Below are positions 37,095 through 47,945 of a stretch of 64,000 nucleotides of DNA, piece after piece. The stretch lies in contig JAQCIU010000004.1 of the NCBI GenBank assembly GCA_027593235.1, forward strand, positions 64,001 to 128,000. The letters run 5' to 3'. Position 1 is the first letter of the stretch, and the number at the start of each line of letters is the position of its first letter. The position numbers and the translations under genes were made by a program. The stretch comes from Chloroflexota bacterium (lineage in GTDB: Bacteria > Chloroflexota > Dehalococcoidia > UBA2979). The notes beneath the pieces were generated by a model, which saw only the letters and a program-made list of their open reading frames with translations, did no database searches and was not told the DNA's origin.

Positions 37095-37520
37095 TTGAAG
37101 ATCAAGAACCGCGTCGCCTCGCTGCTGCGCCCTAACCAGGTCGCGCACGCGCACTGCGACATTCCCTGTGGCATCTACCACCCGCACATCGCCCAGCAAG
37201 GCGCCGAGAGCGTCGAGCGCATGTGCGTCCTGATCGGTGAGCTCGGCTCGCCGAGCGACAGCGCCGGCCACGCCTCCCTCTCGCGCTACGTCGCCGAGAA
37301 GGAGAAGGCCGCTGAGCTCGTGAAGCACGAGGTTCGCATCCTCTGGGGCGACTACTTCAAGCCGCCGCACCTGGAGATGTTCCCCGACCTGCACACGAAG
37401 GCCTGGACCATCATGAAGCTCGCCGGCACCGCCCGCGGCAGCGTCAAGATCGACGACGCGAAGGCACTGCGTGCCGCCGTCGACGAGTTCGCCGACATGT
37501 TCTGGAAGACGAAGGCATAG
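37095..37520 (+). CDS. sodN: Nickel superoxide dismutase precursor
   Basis: Ni-hook HCDIPCGIY after a short leader; LWGDYFKP and FWKTK motifs; GAGGAG before TTG. Confidence 0.95.
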   Translation: MKIKNRVASLLRPNQVAHAHCDIPCGIYHPHIAQQGAESVERMCVLIGELGSPSDSAGHASLSRYVAEKEKAAELVKHEVRILWGDYFKPPHLEMFPDLHTKAWTIMKLAGTARGSVKIDDAKALRAAVDEFADMFWKTKA

Positions 37521-37591
37521 TCCCTCACCTTCCGTACCGTTCGAATCGACCGAGACGGCTGCGCGCGGCTCTCAAACCGTTCGTAGCCGCC

Positions 37592-38146
37592 TTGTTGATC
37601 CTGCCCGCCGCGATCGCGCTGGTACGACTGCTCCGCAGCCGCTATTACCGTGTCGAGGTCGCCGGCGACAGCATGCGACCGACGCTGTACCCCGGTGACT
37701 TCCTGATCCTCCGTCGCGGCGCGCCAGCGTCCGGGGACGCCGCCGCGGGCGCGATCGTCGCGCTTCACGATGCGACCGGTCGATTGATCCTGAAGCGGGT
37801 GATCGGCCTACCCGGCGAATCGCTGCGCGTCGGGACGGCGGTGCTGATCAATCGCCGGCCGCTCCGCGAGCCCTATGCCCAGGGCGAGACGCCGCAAGCC
37901 CAGTTCCGAGGCGCCAACCAACTCGCGCCGGATGAGTACTTCCTGATCGGCGACAACCGCGAAGCGAGCACGGACAGCCGCGACTTCGGCGCGGTGACCC
38001 GCGCGCGCCTCGAGGGTGCCGCCGTCTTCCGCTACTGGCCGCCCGGCCGCCTGGGGCGCCTCGCGTCGCCTGGGCGTGTGCTTGGCGCCGTGCCTCCCGA
38101 TCCGGAACTGCCGCTGGGGATGATCCCGCCGCGCCCGACCGCCTGA
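37592..38146 (+). CDS. sodX: S26 peptidase, NiSOD maturation protease
   Basis: GDSMRPTL, LKRV, GDN..STDSR.FG motifs; directly downstream of sodN. Confidence 0.82.
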   Translation: MLILPAAIALVRLLRSRYYRVEVAGDSMRPTLYPGDFLILRRGAPASGDAAAGAIVALHDATGRLILKRVIGLPGESLRVGTAVLINRRPLREPYAQGETPQAQFRGANQLAPDEYFLIGDNREASTDSRDFGAVTRARLEGAAVFRYWPPGRLGRLASPGRVLGAVPPDPELPLGMIPPRPTA

Positions 38147-38303
38147 TCCACTTCGCCCCAACGGGCGTAGGGCTGATTCGACGTCAGTGCGCCGACAGCC
38201 GCGACGGTCAGTAGCACCGGGACTTCCCTATCCGGCTGTAAGCCCTGAATCGCCGAGGATTCTTACGAGTCACTGGAACCGCATGGACGCGGAGGACCGA
38301 CCA

Positions 38304-39206
38304 ATGGGGTCGACACTCAACCCCGACGAGGCTGGCGAACCGAACGAGTCGGACGCCGATCTCGTCATCCCTTCGTTGGACGAGCTCATCGAGCAGATCG
38401 CCGAACTGCATCCGCTCCCCGCGGTTGCGACCTCGATCTTGCGGCTGACGGAGCACGATCGCTTCTCCGCGCACGAACTTGCCAGCGCGATCACGGCCGA
38501 TCAGGCGCTGACGGCGAAGCTGCTGCGCCTGGCGAACTCCGCGTACTACGGCTTCCCCCGCACGATCGGGACCGTCCGCGACGCGGTGGTCTTGCTGGGG
38601 TTCCGCACGGTCCGCTCAACGACGCTGGCTTCCTGCGTGATCGGCACGCTGTCCGGCACGAACCACCTCAACTACGAGGAGTTCTGGCACTTCTCCGTGA
38701 GCACCGGGATGCTGGGCGAGATGCTTGCCCGCACCGAGGGTGCGCACCAGGACACCGCGTTCACCGCCGGGGTACTGCACAACATTGGCCTGCTGGCGAT
38801 GGACCAGCAGCGCCCGGAACTCCTCGGTGCGGCGCTCGCGTACGGGAGCAAGACCGGCATGAGCCGGCACGAGGCGCAGCGCGCCGTCCTCGGCTACACC
38901 GACGCCGATCTCGGCGGGGGTCTCGCCGAGGCGTGGTCGTTCCCGCCGGAACTGGTCGACGCGATTCGCGATCACGCGATGTCGCTCGACACCCTTCCCG
39001 ACCCGAGGAGCCTCACGGCGTTCGTACTGCGCGCGCGATTGCTGGTCCGCTCCCACGGGGTCGCAGACGGCATCGATCATCCGGAACGGATGGAGCTGCC
39101 CCAGGAATGGACCGCGCCACCACTGTCCGTGACACTCAAGCGCTCCGGCGGCATGGAGGGCGTTTTGGACAAGGTCGAGGCGTTCCTCGAATCGACCGTC
39201 CGCTAG
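38304..39206 (+). CDS. Stand-alone HDOD domain protein
   Basis: LHPLP, DQALTAKLLRLANS, AVVLLG, AGVLHNIG and WSFP motifs. Confidence 0.9.
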   Translation: MGSTLNPDEAGEPNESDADLVIPSLDELIEQIAELHPLPAVATSILRLTEHDRFSAHELASAITADQALTAKLLRLANSAYYGFPRTIGTVRDAVVLLGFRTVRSTTLASCVIGTLSGTNHLNYEEFWHFSVSTGMLGEMLARTEGAHQDTAFTAGVLHNIGLLAMDQQRPELLGAALAYGSKTGMSRHEAQRAVLGYTDADLGGGLAEAWSFPPELVDAIRDHAMSLDTLPDPRSLTAFVLRARLLVRSHGVADGIDHPERMELPQEWTAPPLSVTLKRSGGMEGVLDKVEAFLESTVR

Positions 39207-39223
39207 GCCCGATCCGGTTCGTC

Positions 39224-40531
39224 TCAGGATCCGCCCGACGCAGCGATCACCTCGGCAGTGCCGACGGTGAGTTCGAAGCAACCCCAGTTGTGTGGGGCGG
39301 CTGTCGCCACGATCGTCCAGATGCCCGGCAGGGGCAGGACGGGCGCAGTCACGAAGGTGAAGGGCTCGGATGCCGCCGAGCGGGGCCCCGGCGCCACGAA
39401 CTGGTAGGTGTGAACTGGCTCTGACGGTGAGCCGAGGGCGAGGCTTGTCGACCGATCGGTGCTCAACGTGTCGCGGATGGTGAGGGCGCCGAGTCGGTCC
39501 TGGTATTGCGGGAGCCAGATCACTTTCGAAGCCCGTCTGGCCGGCGAGTAGCCCTCGTTCACGTCGTTGCCAAAGCCGTTGGCGTAGGCGAGGCCGAACT
39601 CCCCCGACCGCACGCGTGGCCCCACATCAGCGGTCAGTAACGGGACACAGCTCCGCGAGTCGGTGCCAGACACCACCCCGTCGAATGTTGTGTAGCCGCG
39701 GAGTTCCGAGTCTTCTCCGACGTCGTCCCCGGCGGGCGGATCCGGGAACCATTGCGAACTCCCACTCGCCGGTGCTGGCCAGCGCACCGGGTCGCTCCCG
39801 CTCTCCAGCGTGAAGCATCCCCACAGCGGGCCCGCTGTCACCACGGCCATCCAGCGCGTGTCGCGCGGCGATTCGAAGACGAGGTCGTACACCCACGTTC
39901 CGCCGCCAGTCTGCGTCGGTTGCTGCATCGCCTCGACGAGATGCGTTGCCTCCCAGTTCGCGCTGTCGACAGCGCGAATGCGCAGCATCTGCGGATCTGC
40001 GGTGTCGCGGAGCAGATCGGGGGCGATCGGGAACAGAACCAACCGCCGCTGTCCCGCGGCCGGCGGTGCGCCGGGGCCGGCAGGCGAGCCCGCGTGAAGC
40101 ACCCAGTCCCCGGACTGGGCTCGTCCCTCCGCTGGCACCGACGGGCAGACCTCGGCGTCGGCGAGATCGAGGTCGAAGGCCGGCGGAGGCGCCCCCTCGA
40201 ATTGCCATCCGTCCGCGTGCACGGGCCGCTCCTTGATCGCCTCGTCGAGCGAGGACGGCGGCGTGCGGTTTACGCGCGTTGGGTGATCCCAGGCGACCGG
40301 CTGGTACAGGGAGGCAGCCGCCTCGGGAGCTGCGAGCGCCAACGGAGTGGAGGTGGCGGTGACCTCGGCGGTACGAGTGGATGGCGGAGTCGAGGACGGC
40401 GATGCCGCCGCCGCTCCGTCGGCGGCGGTCGGAGATGGCGGATCGTCCTCGGAGATGACGACGAAGACCAATGCCACGAGCGCAACGGCCGCGAGTCCAA
40501 CGATGCCGACGACGCGCCAGTGCTCGCGCAC
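39224..40531 (-). CDS. Membrane-anchored hypothetical protein with two WGCF-ending domains
   Basis: N-terminal TM helix, P/S/T/A linker, extracellular part paralogous to the upstream LuxR protein. Confidence 0.7.
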   Translation of the reverse strand: MREHWRVVGIVGLAAVALVALVFVVISEDDPPSPTAADGAAAASPSSTPPSTRTAEVTATSTPLALAAPEAAASLYQPVAWDHPTRVNRTPPSSLDEAIKERPVHADGWQFEGAPPPAFDLDLADAEVCPSVPAEGRAQSGDWVLHAGSPAGPGAPPAAGQRRLVLFPIAPDLLRDTADPQMLRIRAVDSANWEATHLVEAMQQPTQTGGGTWVYDLVFESPRDTRWMAVVTAGPLWGCFTLESGSDPVRWPAPASGSSQWFPDPPAGDDVGEDSELRGYTTFDGVVSGTDSRSCVPLLTADVGPRVRSGEFGLAYANGFGNDVNEGYSPARRASKVIWLPQYQDRLGALTIRDTLSTDRSTSLALGSPSEPVHTYQFVAPGPRSAASEPFTFVTAPVLPLPGIWTIVATAAPHNWGCFELTVGTAEVIAASGGS

Positions 40532-40594
40532 AACAGGCCTCGATTCTGCCTCGATGCTAGCAGCGCCGAGGGAGCGTGGGCCGAGCGGCGGCGT

Positions 40595-42199
40595 TCAGTT
40601 CCAGACACTGATCGGCTGCGAGGTGCCCGCATCCAGGACGAAGCAACCCCAGTTCACGGGAAGGATCATCGCCAGCACCGTCCAGCGACCGGCGACCGGC
40701 AAGAGGAAGCTGGTCCGGTAGATGTCCGACGGACGATCCACGCCTGGCACTAGGCCCCCGTACCAGGCACGACTGAACTCGACGGCATCCGCCGCCTCGA
40801 ACGTATGCAGCGGGCCGGCCTCGTCTCCGTCGACGAACGCGCGTACGGTCAGCGACGTCGATTCAGGGTGCAGGCCCATCCAATCCACCGCACCGTAGCT
40901 GCGAGCGTTGACGGGCCAGTCTGCCCAGGTCTCCAGCAGCCCCGCGGCGGCGATCTCCCCCGAGCGGACCGATGGAGGTCCGACATCGACGCAGACGCGG
41001 TCGTCGGAACCGGTGACCGCGGGGTGCCCTCGGGGGGCGGGGGCTACCCGTCCTGCCGGCGGAGCGACGTAGGGCAGCACGGGCTGGACATCCGCGCGGG
41101 TCGCAGGCCAGCCGTCCGCATCGCGTTCGGTGCTGACGAAGAAGCAGCCCCAGAGGGGGCCGGCCGTGACGATGGCGAGCCAGCGACCGGCCCGTGGCGA
41201 ATCGAACCGGGTCTTCACCACGCCGGCGCCATCGACGGGCTGGGATGTCCAGAGTTCGAAGACGTGGGTGGCCGTCCAGTGTTCGGTCTGGACCGCGCGG
41301 ATGCGCAGCGGCACTGCGGAGTCCGACCTCGGCGTGTCAGTCACGAGCTCCGCCAGAGCGACGCCGGGCAGCGTCAGCAGTACCGAGGGGTCGATCGGGA
41401 TCAGCTCCAGTTCGTAACGCCCGGCATCGGCAAACGAGCCGCGGAACGCAGGGACCAGACGCAGGACCCAATCACCGGACTGACCCGCGGCGCCATCCGC
41501 ACGAACGTCGATGCATTCCGTGGTGCCGAGCTTCGAGCGGTCGAACGCAGCAGGTGGAGCGCCTTCGAACTGGTACCCATCCTGGTAGATCGCACGCTCC
41601 GCGAGCGCCTGATCCAGCGAACGAGGTGGCACCCGATTGACCCGCAGCAGGTCGTTCCAGGCGAGCGGCCGGTAGAGCTGATCGAGCAGCTCCTCGTTGG
41701 TGAGATCGCCGAGCGAAATCGGCACCTGTTGCGTCCGAGGCGGCTGAGCCGTCGGTTCACCCTGGACGGCGGCGGGGGACGGAGCGACCTCGGGAGTCGC
41801 GGCGAGCAGGGAGGTGTCGGCGCGGCCGGAGCTGAGCAGCAATACGCCCCCGACCGCGACCGCCGCTGTGGCAAGCGCCGCGCCCGCGACGGCGGTCAGC
41901 ATCCAGCCGCGGCGCCGCGTGCGCGCTCGCTCACCCGCGACCCACTCGGCGATCTGCTCGCGGCGTTGGAGATCCAGGCGGGTCAGCAGCTCGGAGACGT
42001 GATATTTCGCGCCATCAAGCGAGATGCCGAGGCGCTCCCCGATCTCAACGTTGGTCAGGCCGCCGGCGACGAGGCGAGCGACCTCGAGCTGGCGCTCCGT
42101 CAGCGGCCGAGGGCCCTCGGGCAATCGCGGTTCCACGGGACCTCCCGGTTCGGTGGTGTGCTGGCGGTCAGTTTCGGGGGCGCAGCGACCGGTTGTCAC
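40595..42199 (-). CDS. LuxR-HTH / TM / extracellular-domain one-component regulator
   Basis: LTERQLEVARLVAGGLTNVEIGERLGISLDGAKYHVS, then RRR plus a TM helix and two WGCF domains. Alternative GTG start at 42136 with GGAGG. Confidence 0.8.
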   Translation of the reverse strand: MTTGRCAPETDRQHTTEPGGPVEPRLPEGPRPLTERQLEVARLVAGGLTNVEIGERLGISLDGAKYHVSELLTRLDLQRREQIAEWVAGERARTRRRGWMLTAVAGAALATAAVAVGGVLLLSSGRADTSLLAATPEVAPSPAAVQGEPTAQPPRTQQVPISLGDLTNEELLDQLYRPLAWNDLLRVNRVPPRSLDQALAERAIYQDGYQFEGAPPAAFDRSKLGTTECIDVRADGAAGQSGDWVLRLVPAFRGSFADAGRYELELIPIDPSVLLTLPGVALAELVTDTPRSDSAVPLRIRAVQTEHWTATHVFELWTSQPVDGAGVVKTRFDSPRAGRWLAIVTAGPLWGCFFVSTERDADGWPATRADVQPVLPYVAPPAGRVAPAPRGHPAVTGSDDRVCVDVGPPSVRSGEIAAAGLLETWADWPVNARSYGAVDWMGLHPESTSLTVRAFVDGDEAGPLHTFEAADAVEFSRAWYGGLVPGVDRPSDIYRTSFLLPVAGRWTVLAMILPVNWGCFVLDAGTSQPISVWN

Positions 42200-42244
42200 T
42201 ACCCGGAAGCGGTCGGTATGTCACTTCGACTGTCGTCGAGATGA

Positions 42245-43987
<1,743 letters not shown>

Positions 43988-44009
43988 ACCGGCCCCTCAG
44001 TCGGACACC

Positions 44010-44046
44010 AAACGGGGCCGGCATCCGCCGGCCCCGTTTTCTTTTC
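44010..44046 (+). terminator. Intrinsic terminator of groEL
   Basis: AAACGGGGCCGGC-atcc-GCCGGCCCCGTTT followed by TCTTTT. Confidence 0.88.
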
Positions 44047-44115
44047 CCGGCACCCCCGTTTTCTGTTCCGCGCACGGGGCCGCGTTACGCTGGATTGGCT
44101 GCAAAGGAACGCCCC

Positions 44116-44568
44116 GTGCACTACGGCGACAACGGCCTTGCTGTCGACTTCGATCAGCTCGCACTCGCGGTGGACGACGGCGACGTGATCGTGGTCGGGT
44201 TCGAGATGACCGCGAAGCGGCTGGTGATCGACCTGCGGCCGGACGATCACTCCCCGCCGCTGCTGGAGCTCGTGGAGCCCGTGGGCGGCGCGCATGAACG
44301 CAATGCCTGGCTGAGCGAGCGTCGACCCGGCGTGCCACTCCCAGAAAAGTTCGTCTATTTCATCTGGCCGCACAGCATCGAGATGCTTGGCCAGTCGCCG
44401 CTGTTCGAGCGCTCGCAAGCGCGGATCGCGCGCGAGCAGGGCATCGACGTCGCCGAGGAGATCAGCGACCTCGTCGAGGACCTTGAGCGGCGCGAACGCG
44501 ACGACCTCCGACGCGCGCTGGTCGGTGGTGACGGCTACGAAACGGTCTGGAGTCGCGACGGCGCGTGA
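44116..44568 (+). CDS. Hypothetical cytoplasmic protein
   Basis: AAAGGA RBS before GTG; globular, acidic composition. Confidence 0.65.
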   Translation: MHYGDNGLAVDFDQLALAVDDGDVIVVGFEMTAKRLVIDLRPDDHSPPLLELVEPVGGAHERNAWLSERRPGVPLPEKFVYFIWPHSIEMLGQSPLFERSQARIAREQGIDVAEEISDLVEDLERRERDDLRRALVGGDGYETVWSRDGA

Positions 44569-44666
44569 GTGCGGACGCGTGGCCTCGGTCACGCTCTCTG
44601 TCCTCGAATCGTGCGACCCTTGGCCCTCGCCGCCTCCCACCCGAGGCGCATCGGATGGAGGAAGCT

Positions 44667-45059
44667 ATGACCCGCCTCGTCGTCTACGGACGCTCCTCGT
44701 TCTGCCCGGACATGATGCGCTGGGACCACTGGCTCAAGCGTTACACCGTGGCGCACATCTCCTTCGACATCGATAGCGACCCCGAGGCGCTGGCGAAGGT
44801 GGTGGGGTGGACCGGCCATCAGTCCGTGCCGACGTTGGTGATCGCACCCGATGACGGCTTCGATCCGATCGAGGACCCGGCACCGCTGCCAGCCGGGCGC
44901 GGTCCGCGCGCGATCGATCGCGGCACGATGCTGACCGAGCCGAACCCCGGCCAGGTCGAGGCGTTCCTCGACCGTCACGGGATCCCCTACAGCGCCGCCG
45001 CCGCGGGCGACGGCGGTGACACCACCGGTGGTGGCCTGTTGAGCAAGCTCTTCCGCTAG
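44667..45059 (+). CDS. Monothiol glutaredoxin/mycoredoxin-like protein
   Basis: VYG..FCPD, DID.DPEA, TGHQSVPT (cis-Pro) and LTEP motifs. Confidence 0.8.
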   Translation: MTRLVVYGRSSFCPDMMRWDHWLKRYTVAHISFDIDSDPEALAKVVGWTGHQSVPTLVIAPDDGFDPIEDPAPLPAGRGPRAIDRGTMLTEPNPGQVEAFLDRHGIPYSAAAAGDGGDTTGGGLLSKLFR

Positions 45060-46430
45060 CGGCCGCTCCCGAGGGCGAAGGCGGGCCAGCGGTCCGTCCA
45101 CGGCAGCGCGGCCTCGATCTGCGCGGCCAGCGCGAGCAACTCCTCGTCAGCTCCGGGACGCCCGACGAGCTGCACGCCGATCGGCAGCCCGTCCTCGGAC
45201 ATCGCGACCGGGAGCGACAGCACCGGCTGGCCGGTGAAGCTGAACGGGAAGATGAACGGCCCGGCGTGCTGCGGTCCATCCGGCAGGCCCAGCGGCCATG
45301 CTGGCTGCCGCGTCGTCGGGGTCACGAGTACGTCGTGCGCATCCCACCACGCGAGGAGCGGCGCGACCTCGGTTGCGATCGCCGCCGCGCTCGCGCGCTG
45401 CTCCTCGGCGGATGGCAGCACCTCGACGCGCGGGTTAGTCCTGCGCGAGGTCGCCCACCGCGAGCGGGCGCCCAATCGTGCGCTCGAGCCAGCGCAGTTG
45501 GACCTCGCGCGCCGCGCCGATCGTCGGCATCAGCGCTGGCACGATGCGCTGCATGAAGCCGGGCAGCGCCGCCGGGGGTTCCGCGCCGACCTCGTGACCG
45601 AGAGCGCCGAGCGCGCGCCCAACCGCCGCCACCGCCGTAGCACAGGCGGGCGCTACCTCGGCGCGATGGTCGGCGTCGTGGTCGAGCAGGGCGACGCGGA
45701 GCGCCGCGAGCGGTGCGGACGTGCGGGCGTCGTTGGCCACGAGCGCGAACAGCCCCGCCAGATCGCGAACCGAGCGTGAGAGGGCGAAGCCGGACCAGAC
45801 GTCGCTCTGCTGCTCCGCCGGGATTGCCGTCGGTACGCGGCCGGGCGTCGGTCGCAAGGTCGCGACGCCGCATACGGCTGCGGGGACGCGCAGCGAGCCG
45901 GTGGCATCGCTGCCGAGGGCGATCGGGACGAAGCCGGCGGCGACGGCCGCTGCCGATCCTCCGCTCGATCCGCCCGCCGTCCGCCCTAGGTCCCACGGGT
46001 TCCTCGTTGCCCCGAACGCCGCCGGCTCGGTCGTCAGGCCGGAGGACAGCTCGGGGAGGTTCGTCTTGCCGATCGGCACGAAGCCGGCCACGAGGATTCG
46101 CCGCACGAACTCTGTGGTGCGGGGCGAGCGGTAGTCGAGGTCGCGCAGCACCGGCGTGCCGATCGTGTAGCGCGTTCCCGCCAACTCCTCGCCGCCGTCC
46201 TTCAAGAGGATCGGCACACCTCGGAAGGGGCGATCGTCCGCGGGGAGCGCGGCCACGAACTCGCGCGCGACCTCGGACAGTGGGGTGACGACGGCGTTGA
46301 TCGCGGGGTTCAACGCCTCCACGCGCGTCAACGCCGCCTCGACGAGCGCAGAGGGCGTAGTGACGCCCTCGCGGACGAGCGCGGCCTGCGCGGTCGCATC
46401 CAGGCGCCACCAGTCGTTGGGGAGTGACAT
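45056..46430 (-). pseudogene. Amidase signature family gene, interrupted
   Basis: GVPILLKD, GKTNLPE, GGSSGGS and DATGSLRVPA in one frame, ending at TAA 45435-45437. The C-terminus (HDVLVTPT, TGQPVLSLP, GLPIGVQL) is in another frame. Confidence 0.8.
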
Positions 46431-46462
46431 CACCGAGGTTATACGCGTTCGGCAGACGGCTG

Positions 46463-47938
46463 TCAGGTCACCGTCCACCACGGCTCGTCCGCGTCGTCGC
46501 GATCGCCGTGGCCAATCCACCACGCGAGGATGGCAGCGACGACCATGGCCAGCCCGGCGACGATGAACACTTCGCGGAAGGTGGAGACCTCGGCCTCGCG
46601 CACCAGTGCGTCGAACTCTGGAGATCCGATGTCGATCGTCCCGGCGCGGGCGTAGAACCGTCCGAGGCCGGACGAGGTCAGCAACGCCGCGCCCGCCAGC
46701 ATCCCGGTCACGCGGCTGAGTGTGAGCCACGAGGCGGCGGTCGCTCGGTCGTCCTCGCCCACCTGCTGCAGGACGGCGGCGCTCAGCGGGGCGATCACGA
46801 GGCCGAAGCCGAACCCGCCGACGAGCAGCGGGAGTGTTCGCAGCGTTTGCGAGACAGTCTCGTTCCAAGCCTGCAATCCCGCGAAGGCGACCGCAGCCAG
46901 CAGCATCCCAGCCGTCGCCACGGTGCGGAGGCCCATCCGGCCCCCGAGCCAACCACCGGCGAGCGCGCCGATCGGAACCGCGACGGTCAGACGCATGAGC
47001 GTGAGGCCGCCGTCCAATGCTCCTTCGCCGAGTACGAGGTTGACGAACAGCGGCACGCCAATCAGCACCGCGATCAGCCCACCGCCGAGCAGCACGCTCG
47101 TCAGGTTCGCGGCCAGTACCGCCGGCGACCGCAGCATCTCGGGCCGAACCAGCGGCGCGGCAGTCCGCCGCTCGTGCCACCAGAACACGAGGCCGAGGGC
47201 GACCGAGACGCCGAGGAACGCCAGCGTCACGGCGAAGGGACGCGCGTCGTTCGGGTCGTCGACCAGCGCGAAGGTCAGCACCGCTAGCGAAGCACCGAGC
47301 AGCGCTGCTCCCAGCCAGTCGATGCCGCTCTGCTGCCGCTTGGTGCCCGCGAGGTACCAGGCCGCGACGAGGATTGGCAGCGCCATCGGGACGTTGATCC
47401 AGAACACCCAGCGCCAGCCGAACCACTCCGTGATCGCGCCACCCCAGAGCGGGCCCAGTAGCGCACCCGCCTCGGAAGCCGCGGCGATCGCTCCGAGGCC
47501 GAGCAGCCTTCGATCGCGCGGCAGTTCGTCCACGACGATCGCCATGGCGACCGGCACCACCGCGCCACCGCCAACCGCCTGGATCGCTCGCGAGACGACA
47601 ATCGCCTCGAACCCGGGACCGAGCGCGACGAGCACGCTGCCGAACATGAACAGCGCCAGCGCACCTGCGTACACGCGGGCGTGACCGTACACGTCGGCGA
47701 TCCGGCCAACGATCGGCAGCGCGACGATGTAGCCGAGGAGGTAGCCGTTGACGATCCATGAGGCGCGATAGAGGTCATCGACGGTCAACCCGATGTCTTC
47801 GATCATCGCCGGGAGCATGGTGACGATCGACGTCTGATCGTCGGCGGCGACGAAGACGCCCGCGGCAACGGTGATCAGCAGCCAGCGCTGCCGACGGCGG
47901 ACCGCTCGATCGGGCGCGTTCATCGCTGCGCCGTCCAT
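46463..47938 (-). CDS. 14-TM MFS exporter (P55/Rv1410c-like)
   Basis: D.T.IVT, WIVNGYLLGY...P..GRIAD, GGGAVVPV and WRWVFWINVP motifs. Confidence 0.88.
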   Translation of the reverse strand: MDGAAMNAPDRAVRRRQRWLLITVAAGVFVAADDQTSIVTMLPAMIEDIGLTVDDLYRASWIVNGYLLGYIVALPIVGRIADVYGHARVYAGALALFMFGSVLVALGPGFEAIVVSRAIQAVGGGAVVPVAMAIVVDELPRDRRLLGLGAIAAASEAGALLGPLWGGAITEWFGWRWVFWINVPMALPILVAAWYLAGTKRQQSGIDWLGAALLGASLAVLTFALVDDPNDARPFAVTLAFLGVSVALGLVFWWHERRTAAPLVRPEMLRSPAVLAANLTSVLLGGGLIAVLIGVPLFVNLVLGEGALDGGLTLMRLTVAVPIGALAGGWLGGRMGLRTVATAGMLLAAVAFAGLQAWNETVSQTLRTLPLLVGGFGFGLVIAPLSAAVLQQVGEDDRATAASWLTLSRVTGMLAGAALLTSSGLGRFYARAGTIDIGSPEFDALVREAEVSTFREVFIVAGLAMVVAAILAWWIGHGDRDDADEPWWTVT

Positions 47939-47945
47939 CTCGCGG

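Noticed and set aside
45435-47759. 774-aa ORF as a fusion protein
   Set aside because: The first 443 codons are an off-frame shadow of the MFS gene; the amidase starts at ATG 46430.
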